Source: a bacterium
Lineage (GTDB): Bacteria > Patescibacteriota > Saccharimonadia > Saccharimonadales > Saccharimonadaceae
Reading direction: 5' to 3'
NCBI GenBank assembly: GCA_030427525.1
Contig: JAUIBD010000001.1
Coordinates: forward strand, 18,628-82,627
DNA length: 64,000 nucleotides
A program made the translations under genes and the position numbers. This document shows positions 47,734-55,804 of this stretch, in pieces. Numbering within the stretch: position 1 is the first letter of the stretch; each line of letters opens with the position of its first letter. Below the pieces are notes generated by a model. The model saw nothing but the letters and a program-made list of their open reading frames with translations. It searched no databases and was not told the origin of the DNA.

Positions 47734-48538
47734 TTTCCCGAGCAGCGCGAATAACATTGTCGAACAGCGCCGCCACTGTGAGTGGCCCAACACCACCTTT
47801 TTCTGGGGTTATTGTTAGGTCTTCTCTGGTTCGTATATCATCAGCGATATCACCGAGTAATTTGCCGTGTTCAGATGATGTTGCTGCGTCTACCACCACT
47901 GCACCAGGCTGAACCGAATCGCTGGTAATAAGCCTAGGCACGCCCGCTGCAGACACAATCATATTGTGGCGCTTTAATTGTGCCAGCATATTCTTGCTGT
48001 TTTCATCGAAAATGGTGATGTCGTAGCCGTACTCGCGCCACAGTTTCGCCAGTGGAGCGCCCACCAGACGTCCATGGCCAACCAGTGCAATCTTTTTGTT
48101 TTTCATATCAACGTTAAAACCGTTCACCAGCCAATCTATAGCCATGGCAGTCGCTGGCGTAAAGCGTGGCTCTGATCCAAGCCCATCGACATCTTTCGCT
48201 GGGTCAACTACATTCAACACTTCATCGATATTCAAGCCGTCAGCAATGGGAAGTTGCACAATGATGCCATGAACTGAAATATCGTTATTTAGCGTTTTGA
48301 TGGTCTCGATAACATCATCGACGGCAGGCGTATGAATATCAACATCAACTAAAATGTCCTGGCCATATCGCTGCTTCATACGAACGTAAGTATTTATGAC
48401 GTCTTCATCACGCAATTGAATAATCGCAAGTTTAGGTGCGATTTCATGTGCCTGACGCAAGTTGCGAACTTGGCGTGCTTGGCGTTCTTTAATATATTCA
48501 GCTAATTCAAAGCCATTTAGTAATTTCACTCTATACAT
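47711..48538 (-). CDS. folD: Bifunctional methylene-THF dehydrogenase/methenyl-THF cyclohydrolase
   Basis: LLNGFELAEYIKE..., LAIIQL, VVGHGRLVGAPL-type and GGVGPLTVA blocks. The start was chosen at MYRVKLLNG (48538). The ORF track's 48670 start adds a Trp/Cys-rich stretch that looks like a translation artefact. Confidence 0.85.
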   Translation of the reverse strand: MYRVKLLNGFELAEYIKERQARQVRNLRQAHEIAPKLAIIQLRDEDVINTYVRMKQRYGQDILVDVDIHTPAVDDVIETIKTLNNDISVHGIIVQLPIADGLNIDEVLNVVDPAKDVDGLGSEPRFTPATAMAIDWLVNGFNVDMKNKKIALVGHGRLVGAPLAKLWREYGYDITIFDENSKNMLAQLKRHNMIVSAAGVPRLITSDSVQPGAVVVDAATSSEHGKLLGDIADDIRTREDLTITPEKGGVGPLTVAALFDNVIRAARETRQPESR

Positions 48539-48598
48539 TTTAGCATGTATGGTGGTATGGTATGAGGGAGTATAACCACAATCAATAGGGGAGAATGT

Positions 48599-49105
48599 AT
48601 GGAAAACCAACCAATGGCGGCAGATGCGCCAGCACCAGAAGAAAAACCAGTAGTTGCCGCGCCAGCACACGCAAGTTCAGAGCCACGCTCGAAAGCATTT
48701 GCCTTCATGATTTTGTTGCTCTTTGGCTACTTTGGTATGCACAAAATTTATCTTGGACACAAGAAAGAAGGCTGGACACGATTCGGCCTAGGTGTCGCTT
48801 CGATTTTGACCCTTATACTTATCGTTGGCTATTTAATAATGTTGGTGCTGGCGGTTTGGACATTAGTAGACTTCTTCATGTTACACCTAAAGACTACCAC
48901 TGATGCTGAAGGCCAGCCGCTGGCTGTGAACAAGCGTGATGCTAAATGGGAAAAAGGTATCTTTATCTTCCACATCGTAGTCGGTGTTCTGTACGTTCTC
49001 GCAGTTATTGCAGCTGTAAGCTTGGTTGCCTTTGGCGGCGTTCAAGAAAAAGCACTCGAGGAATACAACTCAACTCAGTTCAACAGCTCAGGCTTCTATC
49101 GATAA
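48599..49105 (+). CDS. TM2-domain membrane protein
   Basis: FAFMILLLFGYFGMHKIYLGHKKEGWTRFGL is the TM2 signature region. Confidence 0.65.
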   Translation: MENQPMAADAPAPEEKPVVAAPAHASSEPRSKAFAFMILLLFGYFGMHKIYLGHKKEGWTRFGLGVASILTLILIVGYLIMLVLAVWTLVDFFMLHLKTTTDAEGQPLAVNKRDAKWEKGIFIFHIVVGVLYVLAVIAAVSLVAFGGVQEKALEEYNSTQFNSSGFYR

Positions 49106-50320
49106 AAGCTTGCGAGCAGCTGAAACAAGATACAGTGATCCGGTAATGATCACTGTATTTTTTTCGGTTTGTAGCGCCATGTACAATGCCTCATGGAGGT
49201 TCGGCTGGTCTAGCGCCTTCATACCCAGCTCGCCGCAACGTTTTTGTAATTCATCAGCAGGAATTGAGTGACGGCTTTTTATATCTTGACCAACGCTAAA
49301 TTCTGTACAGATGGCTGGCACATGAAGCGCGGCAATCTGCGGCAAACAGTCACTAATGCGCGTGTCATGCCCTTCGCTAAAGCTAATGACCCACTGACTA
49401 TTCTGAATCGTTGCTTTATTGAGCGAAGCAATAAAAGCTGCAAGTTTTTGCGGGTTATGTGCGCCGTCTAAAATCACTTTTTTACCATTCACTGTGTGCA
49501 CCTCGAAACGCCCCGGTGGCGTGTCCCGCGCTGCCATTTCTAGCTGTTCGTCAGTTAGGTGTGGTAATGAATCGCGTTTTTCGATTGCATCATACACCGT
49601 TCGGGCTAATCGCCAGTTACCGTGCTGATAGTTTGGCAGGTTCTTCGGAGCATCGTAATCTTGTTGCCAGTGCACCTGCGAACCATAAAATACGCTACTT
49701 AGGTCACTATTTTCTGATGAAATAAAGGCTTGATTGCCTGTGTGAATAATGCCTGCTTTTTGGGTAGCGATTTCTTCCAGCGTATCACCCAGCACTTCCA
49801 TGTGGTCATAGCCGATTGGTGTGATAACACATAATTTGTCAGCACGAGTTATCACATTACTCGCATCCATTAACCCACCGAGCCCTGTTTCAACCACCGC
49901 ATAGTCAACCTGTTTTTGCGCAAACAACCATAGCGCAAACGCAGCCGTTAGTTCAAAATATGATGGGCGAAGGTCACTCCACTGCTCGATTTGCTCACGA
50001 AACGTATTTACATATTCTACATACTCTTTTTCGGGCAGAACACCATTTACTTGTGCCCTTTCGCCAATACTAACGATGTGTGGCGATACGGTGAGCCCCA
50101 CCGTCTGCCCTGCCTGTTGTAGTAGCGCACGTATAAAATAGGCCGTGCTGGTTTTGCCAGATGTACCAGCAACATGTACCACCCTCAGCTTATTCTGTGG
50201 GTTGTCTAAACGTTTCATCAGCTCGCGCATAGTTGCCAACGAGTATTCTTTGGCCATGCGCGGTGGTGAGTACAACAGAAAAAATTCTTCAGCTTCTTTA
50301 ATTGAAGTCACTGCCTTCAT
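49088..50320 (-). CDS. folC: Folylpolyglutamate synthase/dihydrofolate synthase (Mur-ligase family)
   Basis: P-loop HVAGTSGKTSTA, VVETGLGG, and a typical length of 410 aa. Confidence 0.8.
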   Translation of the reverse strand: MKAVTSIKEAEEFFLLYSPPRMAKEYSLATMRELMKRLDNPQNKLRVVHVAGTSGKTSTAYFIRALLQQAGQTVGLTVSPHIVSIGERAQVNGVLPEKEYVEYVNTFREQIEQWSDLRPSYFELTAAFALWLFAQKQVDYAVVETGLGGLMDASNVITRADKLCVITPIGYDHMEVLGDTLEEIATQKAGIIHTGNQAFISSENSDLSSVFYGSQVHWQQDYDAPKNLPNYQHGNWRLARTVYDAIEKRDSLPHLTDEQLEMAARDTPPGRFEVHTVNGKKVILDGAHNPQKLAAFIASLNKATIQNSQWVISFSEGHDTRISDCLPQIAALHVPAICTEFSVGQDIKSRHSIPADELQKRCGELGMKALDQPNLHEALYMALQTEKNTVIITGSLYLVSAARKLLSIEA

Positions 50321-50341
50321 TACCTCATTATAACAGAGGTG

Positions 50342-50686
50342 CTAGAGAAGCTTGAGCATAAGCGCGACTACAGCCAGTAGAACGGCACCGAGTAGCGTAA
50401 GAGCGCTATATACTACTATCATCACGGCACGCTTTACATCGCCCTTCAATGCCGTTACTAATGGGTACCCAAGTACTAGTGAACCGCATGTCAGTGCTGA
50501 GAAAACAAATACCAGCAGAAACAGGACTGGCGCAAATAGTGGCGTTTCTGCGTCTGAATATATTCGGTCAGACACGCTACTAAGCGCATTTAGCAGCAGA
50601 ACAAGCAAAAGTATATACAGCAGTACACTGGCACCTTGCAGGAAACCAATTTGCCACGCGGGAGATTGGTCTATGCGTTGTTTCAT
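50342..50686 (-). CDS. Hypothetical membrane protein (114 aa)
   Basis: Three to four hydrophobic helices, with an ATGA-type overlap to the upstream ORF. Confidence 0.5.
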   Translation of the reverse strand: MKQRIDQSPAWQIGFLQGASVLLYILLLVLLLNALSSVSDRIYSDAETPLFAPVLFLLVFVFSALTCGSLVLGYPLVTALKGDVKRAVMIVVYSALTLLGAVLLAVVALMLKLL

Positions 50687-51198
50687 TTCTTAGTTTTCTT
50701 TGCCTTTTTCTCGGCTGGTTCAACAAAGCGATGATAGCCGAGGTACAGCACCACAGCTAGTGATACAGTGACGACTACAAAGACGTACTTGCTGTCTTCT
50801 GCGGCAAAACCACGAATGAGGCTGTAGATGAGCGTGAAGAGACCACCGAGCATAATACCGTCGGCCACTATTTTTACTTTTCGCTTTTCTAGGTACAAAC
50901 TGACACCAAGCAGAACAACTGCGGCGACCAGTGAAATGATAGATACATTTCTGTTGTACGGTTGCACGGCTTTTTCAAAATCACGCTGTGCTTTATCAAA
51001 TTCTTTTTGCTGCTCTTGCTGTTTGGCTGTCATTTTTTCACCATATGAATATAGCTCCGTTGGGTATTCTGGTTGTTGTGGACCAGGATAAAATGTATCG
51101 ATACCTACACCAATAAAAATAGCTAGCAGCACACCCAGAAAGAACGTGTACACCAGCTTCAAGACTTTGTTGTCATCTACTTTCATACTTACCTCCAT
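50683..51198 (-). CDS. Hypothetical membrane protein (171 aa)
   Basis: Hydrophobic helices flank a charged KQQEQQKEFDKAQRDFEK loop. Confidence 0.5.
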   Translation of the reverse strand: MEVSMKVDDNKVLKLVYTFFLGVLLAIFIGVGIDTFYPGPQQPEYPTELYSYGEKMTAKQQEQQKEFDKAQRDFEKAVQPYNRNVSIISLVAAVVLLGVSLYLEKRKVKIVADGIMLGGLFTLIYSLIRGFAAEDSKYVFVVVTVSLAVVLYLGYHRFVEPAEKKAKKTKK

Positions 51199-51257
51199 TT
51201 ATGAGGCTATTATGCGCCTATCGATGCAAAAAAGCCACGAGGATGAAATTTTTGTGT

Positions 51258-51803
51258 CTATTCAGCCCTGTTTCCATTCGGCTGAACAACCCACCAAAGG
51301 CCACCGTGGGTACTGACATTGTGGCACTTCACTTCCCCAGGGCCTTCATGGGCGTAGTAGTAGAGCGGATGATTATTGTAAGTTACCTGAGTCGTTCCGT
51401 CTGTGCGCTTGGTGGTTCCTAGTAGTTTGCTGTCGACATCGCCAGATGCGACTGGTGTTCCATCAGTTAGCACTGGTGGCCACGCAGCCTCGCAATCGCC
51501 GTAACATTCCGGGGTTGAGGATTTTTCTACTTCCCATATGTAAATGGCTTGTTCTTTACTATCGAAAAGCATTGGGCCAAATTCGCTATTTCCCGTGGTA
51601 ATCGTAGTTCCGGTGCGTGCAACTTTCTTTTTCGTGTTTGCATCTTTCGTAGTTGGCTCGGCTGGTTGTAGTTGCTCGGATGAGTTTTGGGCTGTGCTGT
51701 CGCTGTTTGACTGGTAGATGGCGTACGCACCGACTGCGACGCCCATCGCAACAACGAGAAGAGCCACCCAGATGAATATGCGTTTTTGGTTCCTTTTTGC
51801 CAT
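51258..51803 (-). CDS. Secreted protein with SCO0930-type 'Yx(FWY)xxD' repeats (COG4315-like)
   Basis: TM/signal helix IFIWVALLVVAMGVAVGAYA. Repeat blocks YIWEVEKSSTPECYGDCEAAWPP and PLYYYAHEGPGEVKCHNV...GGLWWVV. The start was chosen at MAKRNQK. Confidence 0.6.
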   Translation of the reverse strand: MAKRNQKRIFIWVALLVVAMGVAVGAYAIYQSNSDSTAQNSSEQLQPAEPTTKDANTKKKVARTGTTITTGNSEFGPMLFDSKEQAIYIWEVEKSSTPECYGDCEAAWPPVLTDGTPVASGDVDSKLLGTTKRTDGTTQVTYNNHPLYYYAHEGPGEVKCHNVSTHGGLWWVVQPNGNRAE

Positions 51804-51860
51804 GTGTACATGATAGCACGTCAACCTTACGTGGTGTCATGCTATTGATTAACAACCAGT

Positions 51861-52205
51861 TCAGTTTTGGTTTAGCAGCGTGCCATGCACAATGTGGAAG
51901 TGTAGGTGTTTTGAATCTTGGTACTCACCGAGATTTGTAAGAATCCGACAGCTGCCGTACTTCTGCTGCATATCAGCAGCGATGGTTTTGATCGTGTTCA
52001 GAATCTCTTTTGCGATTGGCGATGGAAATTCAAGGTCAAGAAACGAGCCAATGTGCTGTTTGGGAGTCACAACTACATGGTGTTCCCAAAATGGTTTTGT
52101 ATGATGATATGCCAAGACATTTTCGCTTTCGAATACCACACGAATGTCTATTTTTCTTGGAATAACGAGGTCGCAGTAGATATCTTTTCCTGTGTACTCT
52201 AGCAT
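51861..52205 (-). CDS. HIT-family (histidine triad) protein
   Basis: HHVVVTPKQHI and the triad HLHFHIV. The start was chosen at MLEYTGKD, 6 nt after a TGtTATAGT box. Confidence 0.75.
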   Translation of the reverse strand: MLEYTGKDIYCDLVIPRKIDIRVVFESENVLAYHHTKPFWEHHVVVTPKQHIGSFLDLEFPSPIAKEILNTIKTIAADMQQKYGSCRILTNLGEYQDSKHLHFHIVHGTLLNQN

Positions 52206-52252
52206 GATTCTACTATAACAAAGTCGTCTGTTCACGTGATACAATCATGCAT

Positions 52253-52585
52253 ATGGTTCATCCACACCATCATTTACATATACGAAAAAGAATACACCAG
52301 AAACACGAACCCTACCCTAGCCCAAAACCGTTTATTCGATATCTAGATAGGTGGGTTTCTGTACTTGGTACGGTTACGTCCCTCGCTGTGTTACCGCAAG
52401 TATTAGAAATATGGGCAAAAGAAAGCGCTGAGAATATATCGATACTAACCTGGGGCCTATTTACGATATGGAGCTACACGATGCTACTTTACGGGGTTGT
52501 GCACAAGGCAAGACCAATCATTATCACCTACATTCTCGCGGCAATACTAAATACAATGGTTGTAGCTGGAATATTTGTTTTTTAA
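52253..52585 (+). CDS. PQ-loop/SemiSWEET-like small membrane transporter
   Basis: TSLAVLPQVLEIW...ISILTWGLF...LLYGV fits the SemiSWEET PQ-loop pattern. The N-terminal tail is His-rich. The start is 52247 or 52253. Confidence 0.5.
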   Translation: MVHPHHHLHIRKRIHQKHEPYPSPKPFIRYLDRWVSVLGTVTSLAVLPQVLEIWAKESAENISILTWGLFTIWSYTMLLYGVVHKARPIIITYILAAILNTMVVAGIFVF

Positions 52586-53154
52586 ATCTGAGCTTTTCCC
52601 AGTGAATCTTCAACAAAGTACTCCCAGCCTGGTTTCCAATCACCAGTTTTACGCCAGTCCTCTTTTATGACCTGCTCCCAACTCTTACCACGCAGCAGAA
52701 CCTCCAGTGCAAATTGTGGTGCTTGGTGTGCCATGATAGCAATGTGTTTTCCATTATAGTTTTGCTTTAGAAACTCTAGAAAATCTGCTATGCGCGCCTC
52801 AACATCTTTGTAACTTTCACCATTAGGAAATGGCGTATCGATTCGTAATTCTTTACCACCGGCAAAAGCTTCTTGGCCAGGCTTGCCGTTCATTTCGCCA
52901 TAGTCACACTCGCGTAATCTAGCGTCTTGAATAATTTCGTAGACACCCTTAAAACCAAGTTCAGCGGAGACGATCGCTCTCTTCAAGTCAGAGCAGAACA
53001 TGACGTCAAACGTTTTATCAGCAACTTCATCTTTCAGTGCTTTAGCTTGTTGCATACCAAGCTTGGAAAGCTCGCCTGGGTTTTGACCAGTTGCAATCTC
53101 CTGCTCATTGTCGATGGTAGTACCGTGCACAAAATAAGTTATTCTAACTGCCAT
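52582..53154 (-). CDS. Histidine-phosphatase (phosphoglycerate-mutase-like) family protein
   Basis: ITYFVHGTT corresponds to the RHGET motif with Arg replaced by Val. Also present are CSDLKRA and the HQAP region. Confidence 0.6.
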   Translation of the reverse strand: MAVRITYFVHGTTIDNEQEIATGQNPGELSKLGMQQAKALKDEVADKTFDVMFCSDLKRAIVSAELGFKGVYEIIQDARLRECDYGEMNGKPGQEAFAGGKELRIDTPFPNGESYKDVEARIADFLEFLKQNYNGKHIAIMAHQAPQFALEVLLRGKSWEQVIKEDWRKTGDWKPGWEYFVEDSLGKAQI

Positions 53155-53316
53155 ATTGTCCTATTCTGCTGATAATTTTATCTGCTACTTCATCGATTGA
53201 CATCTCAGACGTATCAATTACCTCACCAAAATTCGGTGATGCAATTCCTGTATCATAATGGTATTAGATGTTGTTGATTTACCCGCATTGACACTACCGC
53301 TTATAAAGATGACCAT
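53144..53316 (-). pseudogene. Collapsed P-loop (Walker A) kinase gene
   Basis: The ATG at 53316 gives MVIFISGSVNAGKSTTSNTIMIQELHHRILVR*, with the stop at 53218-53220. Another frame continues ...GIASPNFGEVIDTSEMSIDEVADKIISRIGQYGS*, a typical small-kinase C-terminus that overlaps the next gene's start by 11 nt. Confidence 0.55.
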
Positions 53317-53330
53317 TCATTTATTATATC

Positions 53331-53376
53331 AAAACAGAGGTGTTTTACCTCTGTTTTAAGCATAAGCTATATGGAG
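53331..53376 (-). repeat. Copy 1 of the tRNA-Lys 3' flank with its terminator hairpin
   Basis: AAAACAGAGGTGTTTTACCTCTGTTTTAAGCATAAGCTATATGGAG compares with 55072-55117 AAAACAGAGGTATTTCACCTCTGTTTTAAACATAAGCTGTATGGAG. Confidence 0.8.
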
Positions 53377-53399
53377 TTTTATTGTGGAGACAACTAGAA

Positions 53400-54404
53400 C
53401 TAGTTATCGGTCTTTAATACCCGGATGCGGTTGAAGTTTTTACCTTTGATACCAAGATTGATGTCTTGCCACTCGAAACGTGAGGCCTCTAGCTGTTTTG
53501 GGCTGAGTACACGCTCTAAGTATTCATCCCCCGACTCCTGCAATACACCAGCACTTGCCCAGAACTTGGCAACTGAATGTTTTGTACTGCCAACAGCAAT
53601 GTATCCACTAAATGGCATCGCGCTTATGCGAATTATACTGTCGTCTTCCAAATAAGGCTGCAGAGTTTTTGTTCTGAATATCGCTTGGTGCTCAAGCTCG
53701 ACTTTCCGGTGCCAATCAGGGTCGTTTGCTTGACCGGGTTTTAATCTCACATTAAATTCAGTAATCTTTTTTTCTGCGTCAGTCATTTCAGGATATTTTT
53801 CGCCAAGCTCATCAAAAAGAGCTTTCTTCGCGTCTTCAATCTCTTCATCATATTCATTGATGTCTTCGTATTCTTCTGCATGACGACCATAAGTAATACT
53901 AACCTTGTCTGGCAAATATTCCTCAAACCAGTCAAGTAAAACCCTGAATGAGCTTGAATACTGGTCCGTTTCTGAGCGAGAGACATTATTTAGACGCTCA
54001 ATCGAAACATCTTGAGAGTAAAAGCCAAACTCGACTCCGTGTTCATAAACGCTGCAAATCGTTCGTATCCAATTTACGAAGTACATCAGACTAAAAAGCT
54101 CAGCCCAGTCTACCTCTGGAGCTTCATCTATACGCCAAATCTTATTTCCTCCGAAAAGCAATCCTATCTTTATGGGCGTTTTCTTCGAAACCGCGATGTG
54201 GATAGCATGCTTACACGCGTCGATAGCTACCTGATCCGCCGCATACTTACGAAATTTTTTCGACAATATTTTGGACAAAATGGCAGCCTCAAGCTTATCG
54301 GACTCAATTACTTGAAGTTCTATAGGCTCTTTGAGACTTAGAAGCTTTGATTGAATATATTCTTGTGCTGTCATAGTTGTGAATTGGAGATGCGAGGTAG
54401 ACAC
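53400..54404 (-). CDS. Hypothetical protein (334 aa), cassette gene B
   Basis: Intact ORF with a GTG at 54404 or an ATG at 54374. No family is confidently recognised (see finding). Confidence 0.55.
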   Translation of the reverse strand: MSTSHLQFTTMTAQEYIQSKLLSLKEPIELQVIESDKLEAAILSKILSKKFRKYAADQVAIDACKHAIHIAVSKKTPIKIGLLFGGNKIWRIDEAPEVDWAELFSLMYFVNWIRTICSVYEHGVEFGFYSQDVSIERLNNVSRSETDQYSSSFRVLLDWFEEYLPDKVSITYGRHAEEYEDINEYDEEIEDAKKALFDELGEKYPEMTDAEKKITEFNVRLKPGQANDPDWHRKVELEHQAIFRTKTLQPYLEDDSIIRISAMPFSGYIAVGSTKHSVAKFWASAGVLQESGDEYLERVLSPKQLEASRFEWQDINLGIKGKNFNRIRVLKTDN

Positions 54405-54473
54405 TACGCTACCGTACGCAGCCTTTCGGGGCTACCACCTGTTCTCGGTCATCGCATCAAATATCATTATATC

Positions 54474-54520
54474 AAAAAACAGAGGTGTTTTACCTCTGCT
54501 TTGCGAAAACCAGATTGGAG
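54474..54520 (-). repeat. Copy 2 (more degenerate) of the tRNA-Lys flank with its hairpin
   Basis: AAAAAACAGAGGTGTTTTACCTCTGCTTTGCGAAAACCAGATTGGAG. The CAGAGGT/ACCTCTG stem and the terminal TGGAG are retained. Confidence 0.65.
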
Positions 54521-54543
54521 GTCTATTGTAGAGATAATGGGAA

Positions 54544-55056
54544 CTACAGTAGCTCGATTATGCCAATGACAGCATTGCTTTTCTCTACCCCATCCTTAAA
54601 GGCAAAGCCGTCTGTTTTGATGTCAGTTCGGCCATGGTATCGATGCTCGACCACATCAAAGTAACTCGCATCATAGATTGTGAGTATATCTATCTTTGTC
54701 GGGCGACCATGTACGCTAATCGCACTGTGGTAAAATCCATAGATTACTTGCCATCCTAGATTCATATGTTCATGGACGGTTTCCTCAAATGCGAATAGGT
54801 CGATATGCTTGTTGTCAACGTTTTCGTAGCGGTCACCTCTACGTGCCTCATCGTATCTATCCGTGCCTGTCGTGATAATAGTTTGAATTAGCTCTTCTCG
54901 ATCAATATTGTGTTCGGATGAACCAATGCCACGCAGTAGTATTTCATCCCCCGAGAAATTATTCATCAGAGCATTATCTATCTTTCGTCCGATAGATTCA
55001 TAATTCGGCTCAGACTCTACCGTATATTCTGGCACCGCGATTTCAATTCTCTTCAT
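54544..55056 (-). CDS. Hypothetical protein (170 aa), cassette gene A
   Basis: The start was chosen at MKRIEIAVPEY. The ORF track's 55104 start would run through the tRNA terminator hairpin. No motif was recognised. Confidence 0.5.
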   Translation of the reverse strand: MKRIEIAVPEYTVESEPNYESIGRKIDNALMNNFSGDEILLRGIGSSEHNIDREELIQTIITTGTDRYDEARRGDRYENVDNKHIDLFAFEETVHEHMNLGWQVIYGFYHSAISVHGRPTKIDILTIYDASYFDVVEHRYHGRTDIKTDGFAFKDGVEKSNAVIGIIELL

Positions 55057-55071
55057 GTATTTATGATACCA

Positions 55072-55098
55072 AAAACAGAGGTATTTCACCTCTGTTTT
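55072..55098 (-). terminator. Intrinsic terminator of tRNA-Lys
   Basis: An 11-bp perfect stem, AAAACAGAGGT-ATTTC-ACCTCTGTTTT, with the U tract continuing on the minus strand. Confidence 0.75.
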
Positions 55099-55112
55099 AA
55101 ACATAAGCTGTA

Positions 55113-55189
55113 TGGAGGGCCCACTGAGACTTGAACTCAGGACACCCTGCTTAAGAGGCAGGTGCTCTAACCAGCTGAGCTATGGGCCC
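55113..55189 (-). tRNA. tRNA-Lys (anticodon CUU), CCA encoded
   Basis: Acceptor GGGCCCA/TGGGCCC, D arm GCTC..GAGC, anticodon arm CCTGC-CTCTTAA-GCAGG, T arm CTGAG-TTCAAGT-CTCAG. Confidence 0.9.
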
Positions 55190-55206
55190 ATAGCTTCACT
55201 CTGGAA

Positions 55207-55235
55207 ACTATACCAAACAGAGGTCGTTTTGTCTA
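55207..55235 (-). promoter_or_regulatory. Promoter of tRNA-Lys
   Basis: On the minus strand, TAGACA (55235-55230), a 17-nt spacer, then an extended -10 TGgTATAGT (-10 hexamer at 55212-55207). Confidence 0.55.
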
Positions 55236-55301
55236 GAGGCTATATTTACACACCACGAATTTTGGAGTAGTATCAAAGCAGTAATAACGTGGAGGTACGC
55301 G

Positions 55302-55802
55302 ATGAGCGAGCAATATAATACACAGCCAGCGGGGCTGGAAAAATCACTAGATGGTATGTATAAGAAATGGCCACAATTGCCCGAAGGTTTCAAAAAATGG
55401 CTAGCAAACAATGTATGGTGGCTCGCGCTTGTAGGTGCAATTTTATCGGCCTTAAGCGTGCTTACCTCATGGAATTATGCCGGCCAAGTTTCGCGCGTAG
55501 ATGATTTCGCACGAAGTTATGGTGTAGATCTATATAATGGCGGTAGCTCAACGTATTGGTGGATTATGATGGCTGCTTCTGCTGTAGAGGCGGTACTGCT
55601 GTTTATGGCATTTCAAAAGCTTAAAGAGCACAAAAAAGATGGATGGAACCTGCTGTTCTATACGTCATTGGTGAGTGTTGGCGCCACTGTTTTAGCTGCC
55701 TTTATGTCAAAATCTGTCGTGGGTACACTAATTGGTGCTGCCATAGGTGCATTAATTAGCTGGTTCTTCTTATTCGCTGTTCGCAGTAAGTTCACGAAAT
55801 AA
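55302..55802 (+). CDS. Hypothetical membrane protein (166 aa)
   Basis: Four hydrophobic helices after a short cytoplasmic N-terminus. Confidence 0.5.
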   Translation: MSEQYNTQPAGLEKSLDGMYKKWPQLPEGFKKWLANNVWWLALVGAILSALSVLTSWNYAGQVSRVDDFARSYGVDLYNGGSSTYWWIMMAASAVEAVLLFMAFQKLKEHKKDGWNLLFYTSLVSVGATVLAAFMSKSVVGTLIGAAIGALISWFFLFAVRSKFTK

Positions 55803-55804
55803 GA

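Noticed and set aside
53331-55117. The possibility that the three AACAGAGGT-N5-ACCTCTGTT hairpin copies form a CRISPR array or a MITE family.
   Set aside because: There are only three copies, and they are 1.1 kb and 0.6 kb apart with whole genes between them. No cas genes are present. One copy is the functional terminator of tRNA-Lys, so duplication of the tRNA flank explains them better.
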